DNA of 64,000 nucleotides, taken from the IMG/VR virus record IMGVR_UViG_3300012964_000010, positions 32,001 to 96,000 of that record. One strand, written 5' to 3'. Of the stretch, positions 30,938 to 40,966 are shown piece by piece. How positions within the stretch are numbered: position 1 is the stretch's first letter; the number at the start of each line of letters is the position of its first letter. The notes beneath the pieces were generated by a model, which saw only the letters and a list, made by a program, of their open reading frames with translations, did no database searches and was not told the origin of the DNA. A program made the translations under genes and the position numbers. The stretch is from a virus.

Positions 30938-31570
30938 TTATAGTAGTCTGGATACTATTTCACTAACCTGCGCCTGGAGAATATCAACAGTATCATCGTT
31001 ATTTAGTTCATAATTAAATTTTGAACCAATCCACGCCCATTCACTAAAATGTGCATCAGAATAAGTCTTAGTCATGATTTCTTTAGCAATGGAGTTACCC
31101 TTATTTGCCATTAAAGCAGTTTCATACCACACCGGGCTCGGACCACGATTTACCCTAATCATAATTCCGCCCTGATCTTGAATAAATTTAATCTCGTTAG
31201 GAAATCTTACATCACTGATAACAACATGCTGATCGGGATTTTTACGAATTCGATTCTCTAATGTTAGAAACCAAATTCCTTCGTTGAAATGATTACGTAA
31301 AGAATCAGTGCCCACCAATTGCAAAGCAAGCCGTGGACTAAAGCCCGGAATATTCAGTTTTGCTTCCCACCACGGATCAACTATTTCTCTCCATTCGCGT
31401 GATTCTGTTGTGTCTCCCTCGAGCATATCTCGTGGCCAATCAAATATCATTGCACAAGCATCTTTAAGGCTTGCTGCGAAACTATCTTGTCTAAATTTGT
31501 ATTGTTCTGTTAGATATGTGGCTACCGTACCTTTGCCACTATTAATAAAACCGCTCACTCCAACTATCAT
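30938..31570 (-). CDS. Deoxynucleoside monophosphate kinase (gp1-like)
   Basis: GFINSGKGT, ISDVRFPNE, HFSE. Confidence 0.88.
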   Translation of the reverse strand: MIVGVSGFINSGKGTVATYLTEQYKFRQDSFAASLKDACAMIFDWPRDMLEGDTTESREWREIVDPWWEAKLNIPGFSPRLALQLVGTDSLRNHFNEGIWFLTLENRIRKNPDQHVVISDVRFPNEIKFIQDQGGIMIRVNRGPSPVWYETALMANKGNSIAKEIMTKTYSDAHFSEWAWIGSKFNYELNNDDTVDILQAQVSEIVSRLL

Positions 31571-31682
31571 AAAAAGCCCTTAAACTAAGTTTTATGTAGT
31601 TATACAAAAACTTATTTGATGGCTAATGATTTTGTTAGAAACTAATTGCATGACCCGATGGCGGCTTTAATCCCCGATAATA

Positions 31683-32435
31683 TTATCCGATTATAAATCC
31701 ATATCCATCTGAAGAAGCAACCATATTGAGTAACTCTTTCTCGAGTTTATCAATTTCGGCCTGAGCTTCTTGTTTTATGGTAGCACCATTGAGCATAACA
31801 TTTCCATTGGGGCCGGGAAATCCAGAAGGAAATTTATCACGTGCTTCACCGAGGGCATATTTTGCTTTGGCCGTAGAATAAGAACGCAACCAGGGACCTG
31901 TATAAGGATCTCTAATAATGTCATCATCTGATTTTCTGATATAGACTCTAACTGAAACTGATTCATCGGCTGTAGGACGACGAATAATTGTTAGCTTATG
32001 CGAATTGACATCCCACGTGAAGTTAAGTTGACTTGCGAAAACTCTTTCAGCGGTTTCTAGATATTCATTGTACATGTCCCAGGTTGCCAGGCCACCTGAT
32101 CTATTTGGTTGTAACAAATAGATGTTATAGAATGCAGCATCAACCGGGTCAAAGTTGATACCACCATTGGTATATGCACCGATACCACGGCGGTATAGAC
32201 GTCGAACTTCTTGCACTTCCTCTGGCAGAGTATACTCAGTTACATCTCGTGTGATGTGTAAGAAAATATCCTTCTCAAGTAAGGCACCGTCCGATTGCTG
32301 ACGCAATTTTTCAATCCCTATCTCTATTGCAAGATCAATATGTTCGACATCGAGTTCAACATCAACCATTTGCGAACCGAGCATAAGCTCGATTTGCTTT
32401 TTCAACATAACCTTAGGTGTAATCTGTGCGGACAT
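31683..32435 (-). CDS. Neck protein (gp13-like)
   Basis: LGSQMVDVEL, KFPSGFPGPNG.V.LNG. Confidence 0.8.
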   Translation of the reverse strand: MSAQITPKVMLKKQIELMLGSQMVDVELDVEHIDLAIEIGIEKLRQQSDGALLEKDIFLHITRDVTEYTLPEEVQEVRRLYRRGIGAYTNGGINFDPVDAAFYNIYLLQPNRSGGLATWDMYNEYLETAERVFASQLNFTWDVNSHKLTIIRRPTADESVSVRVYIRKSDDDIIRDPYTGPWLRSYSTAKAKYALGEARDKFPSGFPGPNGNVMLNGATIKQEAQAEIDKLEKELLNMVASSDGYGFIIG

Positions 32436-32467
32436 AACGTATCATCTCTCCAGTGATACATTATTTA

Positions 32468-32962
32468 TCAATATCCGAGTGTTGCCTTCTTCATCACAAA
32501 TGCGTCATCGAGTGCATTATGAATATCATAATCAAACTTAAGAACAAGCGCCTTTTCGATATCAGCTGGTACCCGAATCGGGAAAGTTATACCTTTTTCT
32601 AAATTAGCAGGCCATAGCGGTTGTAATAATTTATTTAAATGAGGAATATCCCAGCCAGGTGCATCGGATGCAATCATACATGGCACATTACGGGATTCTA
32701 TCCAATTACCTAATTTAAGAGCACAATCATAAGAAGTCATTCTATGCTCGCCACCTTTAAGGAAAGGTAGAACAAACGATTTAACAAACTCCGAACAATC
32801 CTTTAATTCATAAGTGTCAATTAATTCTGCATAGAAATAATTCTCATCTTCATCAACCAGTGCAATGCTGATAAGTTTGTTGCCTGGTATAAGATCGGTA
32901 AATTCAGTATCTAAAAATAATCTCATTCTTTCCAATTCCAATATCCGCCTGGCTCGGGCCAA
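32468..32962 (-). CDS. DEDDh 3'-5' exonuclease (start probably MRLFLDTEF at 32926)
   Basis: FLDTEF, HNALDDA. Confidence 0.85.
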   Translation of the reverse strand: MARARRILELERMRLFLDTEFTDLIPGNKLISIALVDEDENYFYAELIDTYELKDCSEFVKSFVLPFLKGGEHRMTSYDCALKLGNWIESRNVPCMIASDAPGWDIPHLNKLLQPLWPANLEKGITFPIRVPADIEKALVLKFDYDIHNALDDAFVMKKATLGY

Positions 32963-33252
32963 GTTACTGTGATATGTTTTGCATAATTATCACACATAAC
33001 TATATATGTATGCATCATCTTTTCTTGTCTCCAGTTAGCACTTAACCAATCTGTAAGTAATTGGCCTTTAACAGTCTTATTCTTTATAATTTCATATATC
33101 TTACCGGAACACAGAATATGCCCCCAGGTATCATTGGATAGAGAATTAACGGCTTTTACCCTATAATCCGGAACAAAATAATAATATCCACCGTGGTCAC
33201 TTTGAATAATTTGAGATGCACATAGATGATTATATGTATCTTCTTCAGTCAT
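32923..33252 (-). CDS. Hypothetical protein
   Basis: ORF in operon. Confidence 0.5.
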   Translation of the reverse strand: MTEEDTYNHLCASQIIQSDHGGYYYFVPDYRVKAVNSLSNDTWGHILCSGKIYEIIKNKTVKGQLLTDWLSANWRQEKMMHTYIVMCDNYAKHITVTWPEPGGYWNWKE

Positions 33253-34400
33253 TTATCTATCCTTAAGATAATGTGGTGTTCGTTAAGTTTGCCAGTGCAA
33301 GGAATATCCACTGTGCTTAAATCCTTTAAAAAGGTGCGAAGTTTAACCTTACTCGCCTTCTTAAACTCAACTAATGTCTCAGCGGGCTTACGTAGTGTTT
33401 TTTCTGCAGAATCAGCAGAAAAATCAAGTAAACTTGCACCTTTAACTGACAGGCCACGCTCGTCCATGGCCTTATATTGTGCAAGTTTGCGTGTTCTGGT
33501 ATTATATACCCATACTTCTTTAGCACCGATTATATGTGTCGGGTTTAAACTTACAATACCGAGTGAGGTGTCTTCTTTCTTATATTTTAATTTAGATATC
33601 AGTTTTTCTGTGGATACGGGTTTTTTCTTGCGAGGTGCACGCTGTACCTTAGCAGCCTCTTGCATCATCTCACATGCCTTTGATAAATTTCTGTGAAATA
33701 AATCAAACTTCTTTAATTCAGCCTTTGTGAAATTGGAATATCCTTCGGCAAGCTCTTTGTTCTTGCCATCTAATACCTCGGCAATCTCGTCCATCCTCTT
33801 CGCGAAGATATTTTGCACATATTTCATATGTGGAGCTTTCAAATCATATGACTTGAATAAACCCACAAAATCCTCAACTGTCTTAACATTCTGTGTCTTG
33901 TCGGCAGTAAATTCGTCTATCCACCCTTCCACTTCCCCCGCAACCTCATACGCCCTTTCACGGAGGCGGTCCTGTATTGATATGATTGTAGAAGACCCGG
34001 AAGCATCAGTTTGAACTTTTTCATTATACGCCGCCTCTTTCGCTGCTGTAGCAAGTTTTGCTTCTTCTTCATTGATTTCTCTTTCTAATGCCGGTATCAG
34101 TCCCTTCATAATATCATCGGGAACATCGCCGCCGTGATTTAAGATGTACATATATTTACCGACCGTAGTAAATCTATTTTCATCCAAATCCTTGGCACGA
34201 TCAAATAGCTCATGATTAGAATTTAAGGTTTTTAGATATTTTAATACTTCGCGTTTTAATTCAGATGAGGTGAGTTCATAATGAGCATAGAGCATTGCTA
34301 CCTGAAAATTGCTCTTGAAGTTTTTGTTAGTTTTAACTGTATATGCAAAATTAGGTTTAGGCCAACTTACATGCACACCAGACGATTTCTTTCCAGCCAT
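33249..34400 (-). CDS. Conserved T4-like hypothetical protein
   Basis: C-terminal YNTRTRKL...KTLRKP...GKLN motif. Confidence 0.75.
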   Translation of the reverse strand: MAGKKSSGVHVSWPKPNFAYTVKTNKNFKSNFQVAMLYAHYELTSSELKREVLKYLKTLNSNHELFDRAKDLDENRFTTVGKYMYILNHGGDVPDDIMKGLIPALEREINEEEAKLATAAKEAAYNEKVQTDASGSSTIISIQDRLRERAYEVAGEVEGWIDEFTADKTQNVKTVEDFVGLFKSYDLKAPHMKYVQNIFAKRMDEIAEVLDGKNKELAEGYSNFTKAELKKFDLFHRNLSKACEMMQEAAKVQRAPRKKKPVSTEKLISKLKYKKEDTSLGIVSLNPTHIIGAKEVWVYNTRTRKLAQYKAMDERGLSVKGASLLDFSADSAEKTLRKPAETLVEFKKASKVKLRTFLKDLSTVDIPCTGKLNEHHIILRIDK

Positions 34401-34510
34401 ATATTATCCTTGTGACTAAAGCTATTTTAGCCGAAACTATGATAGAATTGCAACTAATCTTGATTAACCGTTCAATGAATACCCACTGGGTATTTTGAAA
34501 AGTAAGTTTC

Positions 34511-34681
34511 TTACTCGTCAGACTTGGATTTTTTATGTTTCTCTTTGCGAGAATACTTCTTGCTGGTATGTGCACCAGCCCCGGATGTTTTAGAATGCTT
34601 GGCCACATAATTGCGCGGAGGTGGCGATACGACAACCTTTTTCTTGTCAGTTTTTGTTTCAAATATTTCAAAAAGTCTCAT
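34511..34681 (-). CDS. 56-aa basic peptide, ArfA-like C-terminus (not in ORF track)
   Basis: SD GGAG; MRLFEIFE...RNYVAKH...GAGAHTSKKYSRKEKHKK. Confidence 0.7.
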   Translation of the reverse strand: MRLFEIFETKTDKKKVVVSPPPRNYVAKHSKTSGAGAHTSKKYSRKEKHKKSKSDE

Positions 34682-34795
34682 GCCTGCTCCAATAAAAATG
34701 AAGGAACTGGTAGCGAATCAGTTCCTTCATCGACGCCTGTTGGCGTAACACACTAATGGTCCTAAGGGTGTCAATTATTATTTATCAAAAATAGA

Positions 34796-35200
34796 TTAAG
34801 ATTGGAGAATTCCTTTAAACTTTAAATATCCATCCAATAATCCCTGAATGTTCTTTGCACCCTCAGGATTCATACTGTGAACGGTATATCTAAAATGTGT
34901 AGGCATACTTCCCGAATTCATGTCAAAGTTGATTAAGAATTTAGCAAAGTCATATCCAGACTTTTCTTCTTTTGCATTCTTTACAACAATAATGCCAGTT
35001 TCAGTGGTATCGTATTCTTCATACCCCAAATCATGATCAAAACTAACTACATCCGGAAAACCATGATCCCAGACCCAGTTCAAGGCTTCTTTATAGGAGC
35101 GAACAATCTCCCATGTAGCTCCCCAACTACCAACACCGCCGATGAGGGTCCAGGTTACATCTGCGGGCATCCGTTCATCATCAAGAAATAGGTATTTCAT
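34796..35200 (-). CDS. Cyclic-phosphate-processing receiver-domain protein
   Basis: LFLDDER, SFDHDLG, SGYD, HSMNP.G. Confidence 0.8.
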   Translation of the reverse strand: MKYLFLDDERMPADVTWTLIGGVGSWGATWEIVRSYKEALNWVWDHGFPDVVSFDHDLGYEEYDTTETGIIVVKNAKEEKSGYDFAKFLINFDMNSGSMPTHFRYTVHSMNPEGAKNIQGLLDGYLKFKGILQS

Positions 35201-35519
35201 AATATTTGTGATCTCTGGTAACTACTCGATTAAACTTCTTTTTCACGAATTCATCTTCGGATAGTCTTCTGCTCTCTTCTAAATCCCACGCGCCATAAGC
35301 AACTGTTGGAAAATAGAGTCCAGCAAAATCGCTGGTCTGGTGTTGATCTGTATTACCACAACTGCTAAACCCTAACTTATCAGTGATATACCATATTGCA
35401 GGCCAACCGTTGTGTCTCTTATCCTCACAACCGCAGATCTCGCCTTTTCCCAGAAAGATGTATCTTACTGTACAATGTTTTGCAAGAGAAAATAGAGATT
35501 TAAGGTTTTCTTCTCTCAT
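35181..35519 (-). CDS. Hypothetical protein
   Basis: ORF. Confidence 0.5.
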   Translation of the reverse strand: MREENLKSLFSLAKHCTVRYIFLGKGEICGCEDKRHNGWPAIWYITDKLGFSSCGNTDQHQTSDFAGLYFPTVAYGAWDLEESRRLSEDEFVKKKFNRVVTRDHKYYEIPIS

Positions 35520-35678
35520 CCTCTCTAATTCATCGGCGTAAGGTTCGGCTACAAATTTCTTAAGAGGGTCTGTCTTACATCTCTCAAGTAAACCAATGAG
35601 GTAATTAAATCTATCAAGAACTAACTACATATAAACATATTAGCAATAATATATTAGTTAATCAACCTACGACTCCGT

Positions 35679-35711
35679 AAAAAAGCGGTAATGGATTTCT
35701 CCATTACCGCT
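35679..35711 (-). terminator. Intrinsic terminator
   Basis: agcggtaatgga/tccattaccgct followed by a T-tract on the minus strand. Confidence 0.8.
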
Positions 35712-35904
35712 CAATGTGTACTCAGGTTCCCCTCCTAAGTTCCCCATCCTGTATCAAGGATCCTCCGCAGTTACATTCCCTTTAGTAGAAGAAAGTGCTG
35801 CCCCGCCCATCATAGACGCATGTATGCCGTTAACAGCATTTTGCACAAAAGGCGCTACTTACTGGCTACAGGTGCTCATCCGGTGCTACTACACCACACA
35901 TTAA
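35711..35904 (-). ncRNA. Candidate ~195-nt structured ncRNA
   Basis: 10-bp terminal helix, several internal hairpins, GC-enriched, followed by a terminator. Confidence 0.55.
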
Positions 35905-35905
35905 A

Positions 35906-36301
35906 TCACTTCAAAATTCCCATTGTATAATATGCTTCACACTGAATCTGGGCCAATGTTTCAACTTTCTCTTCGTACGATATATCGCTCGGTTTTTCTT
36001 TCTTGCCATATATCTTAGATAGAGTATTATTGAAATTATGAATCAGATCGTATAAATTACCTTGTGCTATTTTAGTGTAAGACTTTGATTGTTTTTTGAT
36101 ATAATCTTGCACACAAGTGGAAATCTTCTCTTCTTTATCTAAAATTCCCGATAATATCAATATCTCTAACGTATATTCTTTTTCATAAGACTGATTTATC
36201 TGAAGCGGTGTTACCACTTTTGCTTCAGATAAAACATCACTTCCCTTTGCGAACAAAGTTGATGAAGAAAATAGTAAGAGAGAAAGTATTATTTTTCTCA
36301 T
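35906..36301 (-). CDS. Secreted hypothetical protein
   Basis: Signal-peptide-like N-terminus. Confidence 0.55.
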   Translation of the reverse strand: MRKIILSLLLFSSSTLFAKGSDVLSEAKVVTPLQINQSYEKEYTLEILILSGILDKEEKISTCVQDYIKKQSKSYTKIAQGNLYDLIHNFNNTLSKIYGKKEKPSDISYEEKVETLAQIQCEAYYTMGILK

Positions 36302-36337
36302 TATTATAAAGGAGGGGTAGATGACCCTTCCTTTAAC

Positions 36338-37285
36338 TTACTTGACTTCGACGTCTGTGCCGGGGAGCACAATCTTCAGTTTTGCCTTCTTCTGTCGAGC
36401 ATGTTTCTCAACCAGCTCTTGCGCTGCATCGAATGTTACGTCAGCAAGCACAATCTCACCACCATTGACACGAACTACATCATATAATTCGTCCTCAATT
36501 TCAGTCTTTGCTGGAGCCACAGGAGTGGCCGGTTTGGTATAGCTGCGATCAACGATTGACGAAAATGCGTTCTTTGGATCACCGACTACCTCAGCAACAA
36601 CCTCATACTTGCAGCAACGGCCTTTTGCACCATTGTAGTCATTAGGGATGCTCACAACATCAGCAGGATTGATCTTCAGAATCATTACCGGTTGATCATT
36701 GCTACCGAAACTACCGAGGTAGCTTTCACTGCAAAAATGCAGACCAGTAGAACAATGAGAGTCGGGATTATCATCAACCGCATTACGAGACATTTCGACT
36801 ACTTTACCAACAGCATTGCTGATAGTGCCGGAGTGAATATCAAGATAATCTTCGCGCACACGCTTGTATGCAAGGAAAAAACCATCTTCAGTAATCGGCA
36901 GGTTGTTCTTTTCCAAGAAACCATACACCTGATCCACAGAACGCTTTGACGGATTCTGCATCAGATTTTCCATAAAATGCACCATCGGTTCAATTGGCAA
37001 ACCTTCCTGATACATCTCAATCATACGTGTCGACAATGCATTATGGAAAGGTTGTCCCTTCCAGGAGACTTTTCCGTTGTTGATTGCTACGTATCCTTTG
37101 CCAAAATTAACGATAGCCTTAACTGGCTCGACTAGATTGCGTAATGCATCCCAGTCTTGCGCCTTTAAAGCATCAACAATCTTGCCATAACTAATGTGTG
37201 TATTCTTGCTAATCGTATGACTCTTTCCATCGATTACCAAAATAATATTTTTGCCTTGCAGCAAATAAGGAATTGCTTTTGACAT
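36338..37285 (-). CDS. rIIB: RIIB-like protein
   Basis: LMQNPS, FLAYKRV, CSTGLH, KINPADVVSIP.DY. Confidence 0.92.
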   Translation of the reverse strand: MSKAIPYLLQGKNIILVIDGKSHTISKNTHISYGKIVDALKAQDWDALRNLVEPVKAIVNFGKGYVAINNGKVSWKGQPFHNALSTRMIEMYQEGLPIEPMVHFMENLMQNPSKRSVDQVYGFLEKNNLPITEDGFFLAYKRVREDYLDIHSGTISNAVGKVVEMSRNAVDDNPDSHCSTGLHFCSESYLGSFGSNDQPVMILKINPADVVSIPNDYNGAKGRCCKYEVVAEVVGDPKNAFSSIVDRSYTKPATPVAPAKTEIEDELYDVVRVNGGEIVLADVTFDAAQELVEKHARQKKAKLKIVLPGTDVEVK

Positions 37286-37354
37286 TTTAGTCCTTTATGT
37301 GTTTATATGTTAAGTTTATACTATCTCTATTACGGTGTCAACCGTAATAATCCG

Positions 37355-39505
37355 TTAGATTTTCTCCTGATTATCAACCATTTTGATATAATCTACTACT
37401 TCTAATTCAGGTGCCGAATTTAAATATTTTAGAAGTGGGTACTTCTGATAAAGATCGTTCTTTGCATTCTCGATTTTCTTCTTAACCTTGTCGACATGCA
37501 GAGAATTACCATATTTAGTACACAAATCAACAAGTTGAGATGCATCACCGGATAAACGCTTAATATTCCCGTATTCTTTCATAAATTTAGCATAGGCCGA
37601 ATCAGGACCAACTAAACGTGCAACTGTCTGGTTGGAATATATCTTAGTGTAATAACCATCAAGCATTTCCTTGGCAACCATAGATGCAATGTGAAAATCG
37701 GTAATCTTTGTAGTCTCTTCTTTAAGTTTAGTTTCAATCCAAAACCAATTCGGCAAATCTTTGATATCATCAATACGATTCTTTCGAACACCCATAATTC
37801 GGATATCCGAGATATCAGAAACACCACACTTATCCATCAATGCCTTGAGTGGGTAAATGTCAAAATGTGCACCTTCGTGGGTAATTGGTTGAAAATTATT
37901 TAAACAAACGTAATAATAAGTATCATTATCATCAAGATCATGTTCATATGGTACCCAGGTATAAGAATCTTCAAATCCCGGCTTGCAATCAGACCTCAAT
38001 GCAATCTGCATGATACCTTGACTAGACAGTTTCTCGCGCCTTACAATTGGCTTCTTTTGCAATTCACTGGCCTTTAATACCCTTGGTGGGTTGTGCAATT
38101 CCTTAAGGAAGGCTTCGTACTCTACCTGGCGTTTCGCGACATCGGGATCAGTATGTGATATACAAAAGACAGATACAGAATCGTTGCCGTAATTTGTGTA
38201 ATGGTATCGAGTTCGCGAAACGCAACCCGTTTTAAGATCATTCAATATGATAACAACATTCTTTTCCACTGGAATAGATGTTCCTTCGACATAGGTCTTG
38301 AGGGTATGAATATAAGTGCTATATCTACCAGCCTTGCCACGATAGCAACCATGGCTAAAAGTCATACCATCGATGCTCAATCCGCGAGATTTCATTTCTG
38401 CGTCAGTAAAATTAAAAATCTTCTTCCCATAATGAACAGTAGGATCGTATAATTCAAACTTAGAATCGGCAACATATTTCGGCACCGCTGATGCATACAA
38501 CCGAGTGCGTGCCTCAGTATATAGATATTCCGCACGTTCCCATTTGTCCACAATAGCATCCGCTCTTTTTGCAAGATGGCTTGCAAGATTAGCATTAATT
38601 GCTTCAAGTTTTTTCTTAATATTATTAACGGTCAACGGAACAATGCTGAGTTCTTCACGAGAAGCTGCAAAATCAAGCTCGCCGATGTTGAATTCAATAA
38701 TTAATCCACATTCCAGCAATGATGCCAACTTACCAAAATGCTTTTCTGGTTCAGAGATCTTATCGAGCGAATAAGCAATATTTCCCATTACTGCGGTAGA
38801 TTTTGAAGGATACTCGTATCTATCAGTACTGCCTGTTACGTGTACCCCAGGAACAATATCTTTTTCTTTATAGGTCGGAGTTTTGTGCTGAAAGTTAACA
38901 CCAGTAATTGTTGGTTTATTTTTGAACCACATGAAAACATTTTCAGCTTCATGATGGAAACTGTTGTAATCAAAACGATCAGTAACACTGAATTTAACTT
39001 CAACACCATTACCTTCGTCAGTAAGTTCGGTGCTCATCTCAGCAATGCTGGGTACACCCATCTCGCTAATAAATGCACTATAAATCCGTTTGGTACCGTC
39101 TTTAATAGCAATGACAGTGAAATTCTCAGTATAGCTAAATGGAGATTTAGAACCAAGGCCAAGAGCACCAATAAAATCATTGGAATCAGTCTTGGTAGAT
39201 TCGAAATACGTTGTGTAGATATTGGTAACTTGATCACCAGTCAAACCGGTACCGAAATCTTTTACTGCAAACCAAGGTTCGAGCATGCAGGGGAGATGCA
39301 CCTCAAACGGAATATCTGCCTTGCCAGCTGCAACATGACTATCTACTGCATTACATGATAATTCGCGAATGATGGCACGAATCTTGTTGGAATAGAGGCC
39401 ATCAGACAAGATCTTAAAAGCCTTGGCTGAATTACGAATACGGAATTCACCAGTAGTGATAACGTTGGATAAAGTAATCTCATTAACTTCTACATCTAAC
39501 TTCAT
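37355..39505 (-). CDS. rIIA: RIIA-like protein (GHKL ATPase)
   Basis: RELSCNAVDSH, DFGTG, GLGSKS; adjacent to rIIB. Confidence 0.92.
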   Translation of the reverse strand: MKLDVEVNEITLSNVITTGEFRIRNSAKAFKILSDGLYSNKIRAIIRELSCNAVDSHVAAGKADIPFEVHLPCMLEPWFAVKDFGTGLTGDQVTNIYTTYFESTKTDSNDFIGALGLGSKSPFSYTENFTVIAIKDGTKRIYSAFISEMGVPSIAEMSTELTDEGNGVEVKFSVTDRFDYNSFHHEAENVFMWFKNKPTITGVNFQHKTPTYKEKDIVPGVHVTGSTDRYEYPSKSTAVMGNIAYSLDKISEPEKHFGKLASLLECGLIIEFNIGELDFAASREELSIVPLTVNNIKKKLEAINANLASHLAKRADAIVDKWERAEYLYTEARTRLYASAVPKYVADSKFELYDPTVHYGKKIFNFTDAEMKSRGLSIDGMTFSHGCYRGKAGRYSTYIHTLKTYVEGTSIPVEKNVVIILNDLKTGCVSRTRYHYTNYGNDSVSVFCISHTDPDVAKRQVEYEAFLKELHNPPRVLKASELQKKPIVRREKLSSQGIMQIALRSDCKPGFEDSYTWVPYEHDLDDNDTYYYVCLNNFQPITHEGAHFDIYPLKALMDKCGVSDISDIRIMGVRKNRIDDIKDLPNWFWIETKLKEETTKITDFHIASMVAKEMLDGYYTKIYSNQTVARLVGPDSAYAKFMKEYGNIKRLSGDASQLVDLCTKYGNSLHVDKVKKKIENAKNDLYQKYPLLKYLNSAPELEVVDYIKMVDNQEKI

Positions 39506-39540
39506 GTGTCTATGTTCTTTCTATGAGTAAACAAATGTCT

Positions 39541-39569
39541 ATTATGCTATAGCATTCTTAATCTGTCAA
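39541..39569 (-). promoter_or_regulatory. Sigma70-type promoter of rIIA
   Basis: TTGACA-N17-CATAAT. Confidence 0.65.
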
Positions 39570-39639
39570 CTGCTCAGATTTTTGATAAATAGTCCATATG
39601 CGGAAATCACTCTGCATTGTTATAATGGAGATGCCCAAA

Positions 39640-40311
39640 ATGGGAAGACCTATACAAAAGAAGTGGTTCGGATTACCGATCACAGCTGGTAGCCGCCATA
39701 TTGTAGTAAACGGTATTAAGTTTGCTGACGGTACTACCGCATCCAATGGTTATATTGTTAGACAAGTCGGTCATACCGCATATATTGTGCAAGATGCTGC
39801 TAAGGCTCATGCTGCCGAAATTTGCTTTATGGTAAATGCAACATCAACTGGTGCCTTATTACCGGGACAATGTTATATTCTTGCAACACCGTTTGGTGGT
39901 TCAGCACTACCTTGCGAAAAGATTCAACAATTCCGCCTTAGTGTTTACAATAATGGTACTACTACAAATATTTCAAACTATGCGTGGTCAACTTTACCAG
40001 CGGTAATGGTTGGACAAGCCGACCTATTGGTACTTTCACCACCTGTCAACACAGTATTGCCGCTTATTTCTGGTACTGCGCAGGTCGGTCAGACATTGTC
40101 GACCACCACAGGTACATGGACCGGTACCACACCAATCACTTACACTTATCAGTGGAAGCGTGCTGGTGTACCAATCACCGGTGCATATGCAAGTACATAT
40201 ATTGCCGTTACTGCCGACATTGGCAGTGCTCTTACCGTTACTGTTACTGCAACCAGTGCAGATGGAAGCGCCTCTGCAACATCATTGCCGACCGCGGCTG
40301 TTATTGCCTAA
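39640..40311 (+). CDS. Virion structural protein (MGRP start) with C-terminal Ig-like domain
   Basis: Late promoter GATAAATA 39584..39591, SD GGAG; P.ISGTAQVGQTL...YTYQW Ig-like motif. Confidence 0.75.
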   Translation: MGRPIQKKWFGLPITAGSRHIVVNGIKFADGTTASNGYIVRQVGHTAYIVQDAAKAHAAEICFMVNATSTGALLPGQCYILATPFGGSALPCEKIQQFRLSVYNNGTTTNISNYAWSTLPAVMVGQADLLVLSPPVNTVLPLISGTAQVGQTLSTTTGTWTGTTPITYTYQWKRAGVPITGAYASTYIAVTADIGSALTVTVTATSADGSASATSLPTAAVIA

Positions 40312-40328
40312 TCAATACCTGGCAAAAC

Positions 40329-40356
40329 AAAAAGGGCTCCTTGGAGCCCTTTTTTA
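40329..40356. terminator. Bidirectional intrinsic terminator
   Basis: aaaaagggctcc-tt-ggagccctttttt between convergent genes. Confidence 0.8.
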
Positions 40357-40375
40357 ATGAATATTTTTTTAAAAA

Positions 40376-40555
40376 TTATCTATTAAGAATAAGAAAGACG
40401 ATATATGCTGGCCAACTAAACAATAATGTTAAAAATAACCAGCCTGTCTTTTTCCAGCCAGACACTTTAGATGATCGAATAACTGAGACAATTGGAAAAA
40501 GCAAAATCAATAAAAGAAAAGTTGTTAAGAAAAAGAAATAAAGAATAATACCCAT
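40376..40555 (-). CDS. 59-aa two-TM membrane protein (not in ORF track)
   Basis: Manual translation; two hydrophobic helices around KKTGW. Confidence 0.5.
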   Translation of the reverse strand: MGIILYFFFLTTFLLLILLFPIVSVIRSSKVSGWKKTGWLFLTLLFSWPAYIVFLILNR

Positions 40556-40574
40556 TTTGCCACCTTTTAATATT

Positions 40575-40650
40575 TGGTATCCCCGGCAGGAATCGAACCT
40601 GCGACCTATCCCTTAGGAGGGGATAGCTCTATCCACTGAGCTACAGGGAC
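40575..40650 (-). tRNA. tRNA-Arg(CCU)
   Basis: Cloverleaf; ATCCC-CTCCTAA-GGGAT; encoded CCA. Confidence 0.92.
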
Positions 40651-40655
40651 ACAAT

Positions 40656-40883
40656 TTATTTCTCTTCTGCCCTTTCAAGGCGATCATAATAATCAGGAAA
40701 TTCACTTAAATGATCAAGTGCAATTTCCCGAGCTACTGCAATATCTGCTGTATGTTCTTGTTCAACCTTGATGCCTTTTGAAAGTTGTGTAATCAAATCC
40801 TTGTAAGAGATTTTGTGCTTGCGCATAATTTCATCAAACTTTGGTGTAGGTTTACCAATTAAATCAATTTCATCGAGTTTCAT
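40656..40883 (-). CDS. Small protein, GIKVEQEH...IALDHL.E.PDYY family
   Basis: Motif typical of DUF5661-like phage proteins. Confidence 0.65.
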   Translation of the reverse strand: MKLDEIDLIGKPTPKFDEIMRKHKISYKDLITQLSKGIKVEQEHTADIAVAREIALDHLSEFPDYYDRLERAEEK

Positions 40884-40966
40884 ATATATTATCCTATGGA
40901 AGATTAATGTTGACTACGTTTAATCTTCCAAATACTTATTTATAGTAACATACCTTGGGTATGTTG

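Noticed and set aside
34357-34671. 104-aa ORF from the track
   Set aside because: Overlaps the better supported 56-aa ORF in another frame, which has SD and ATG
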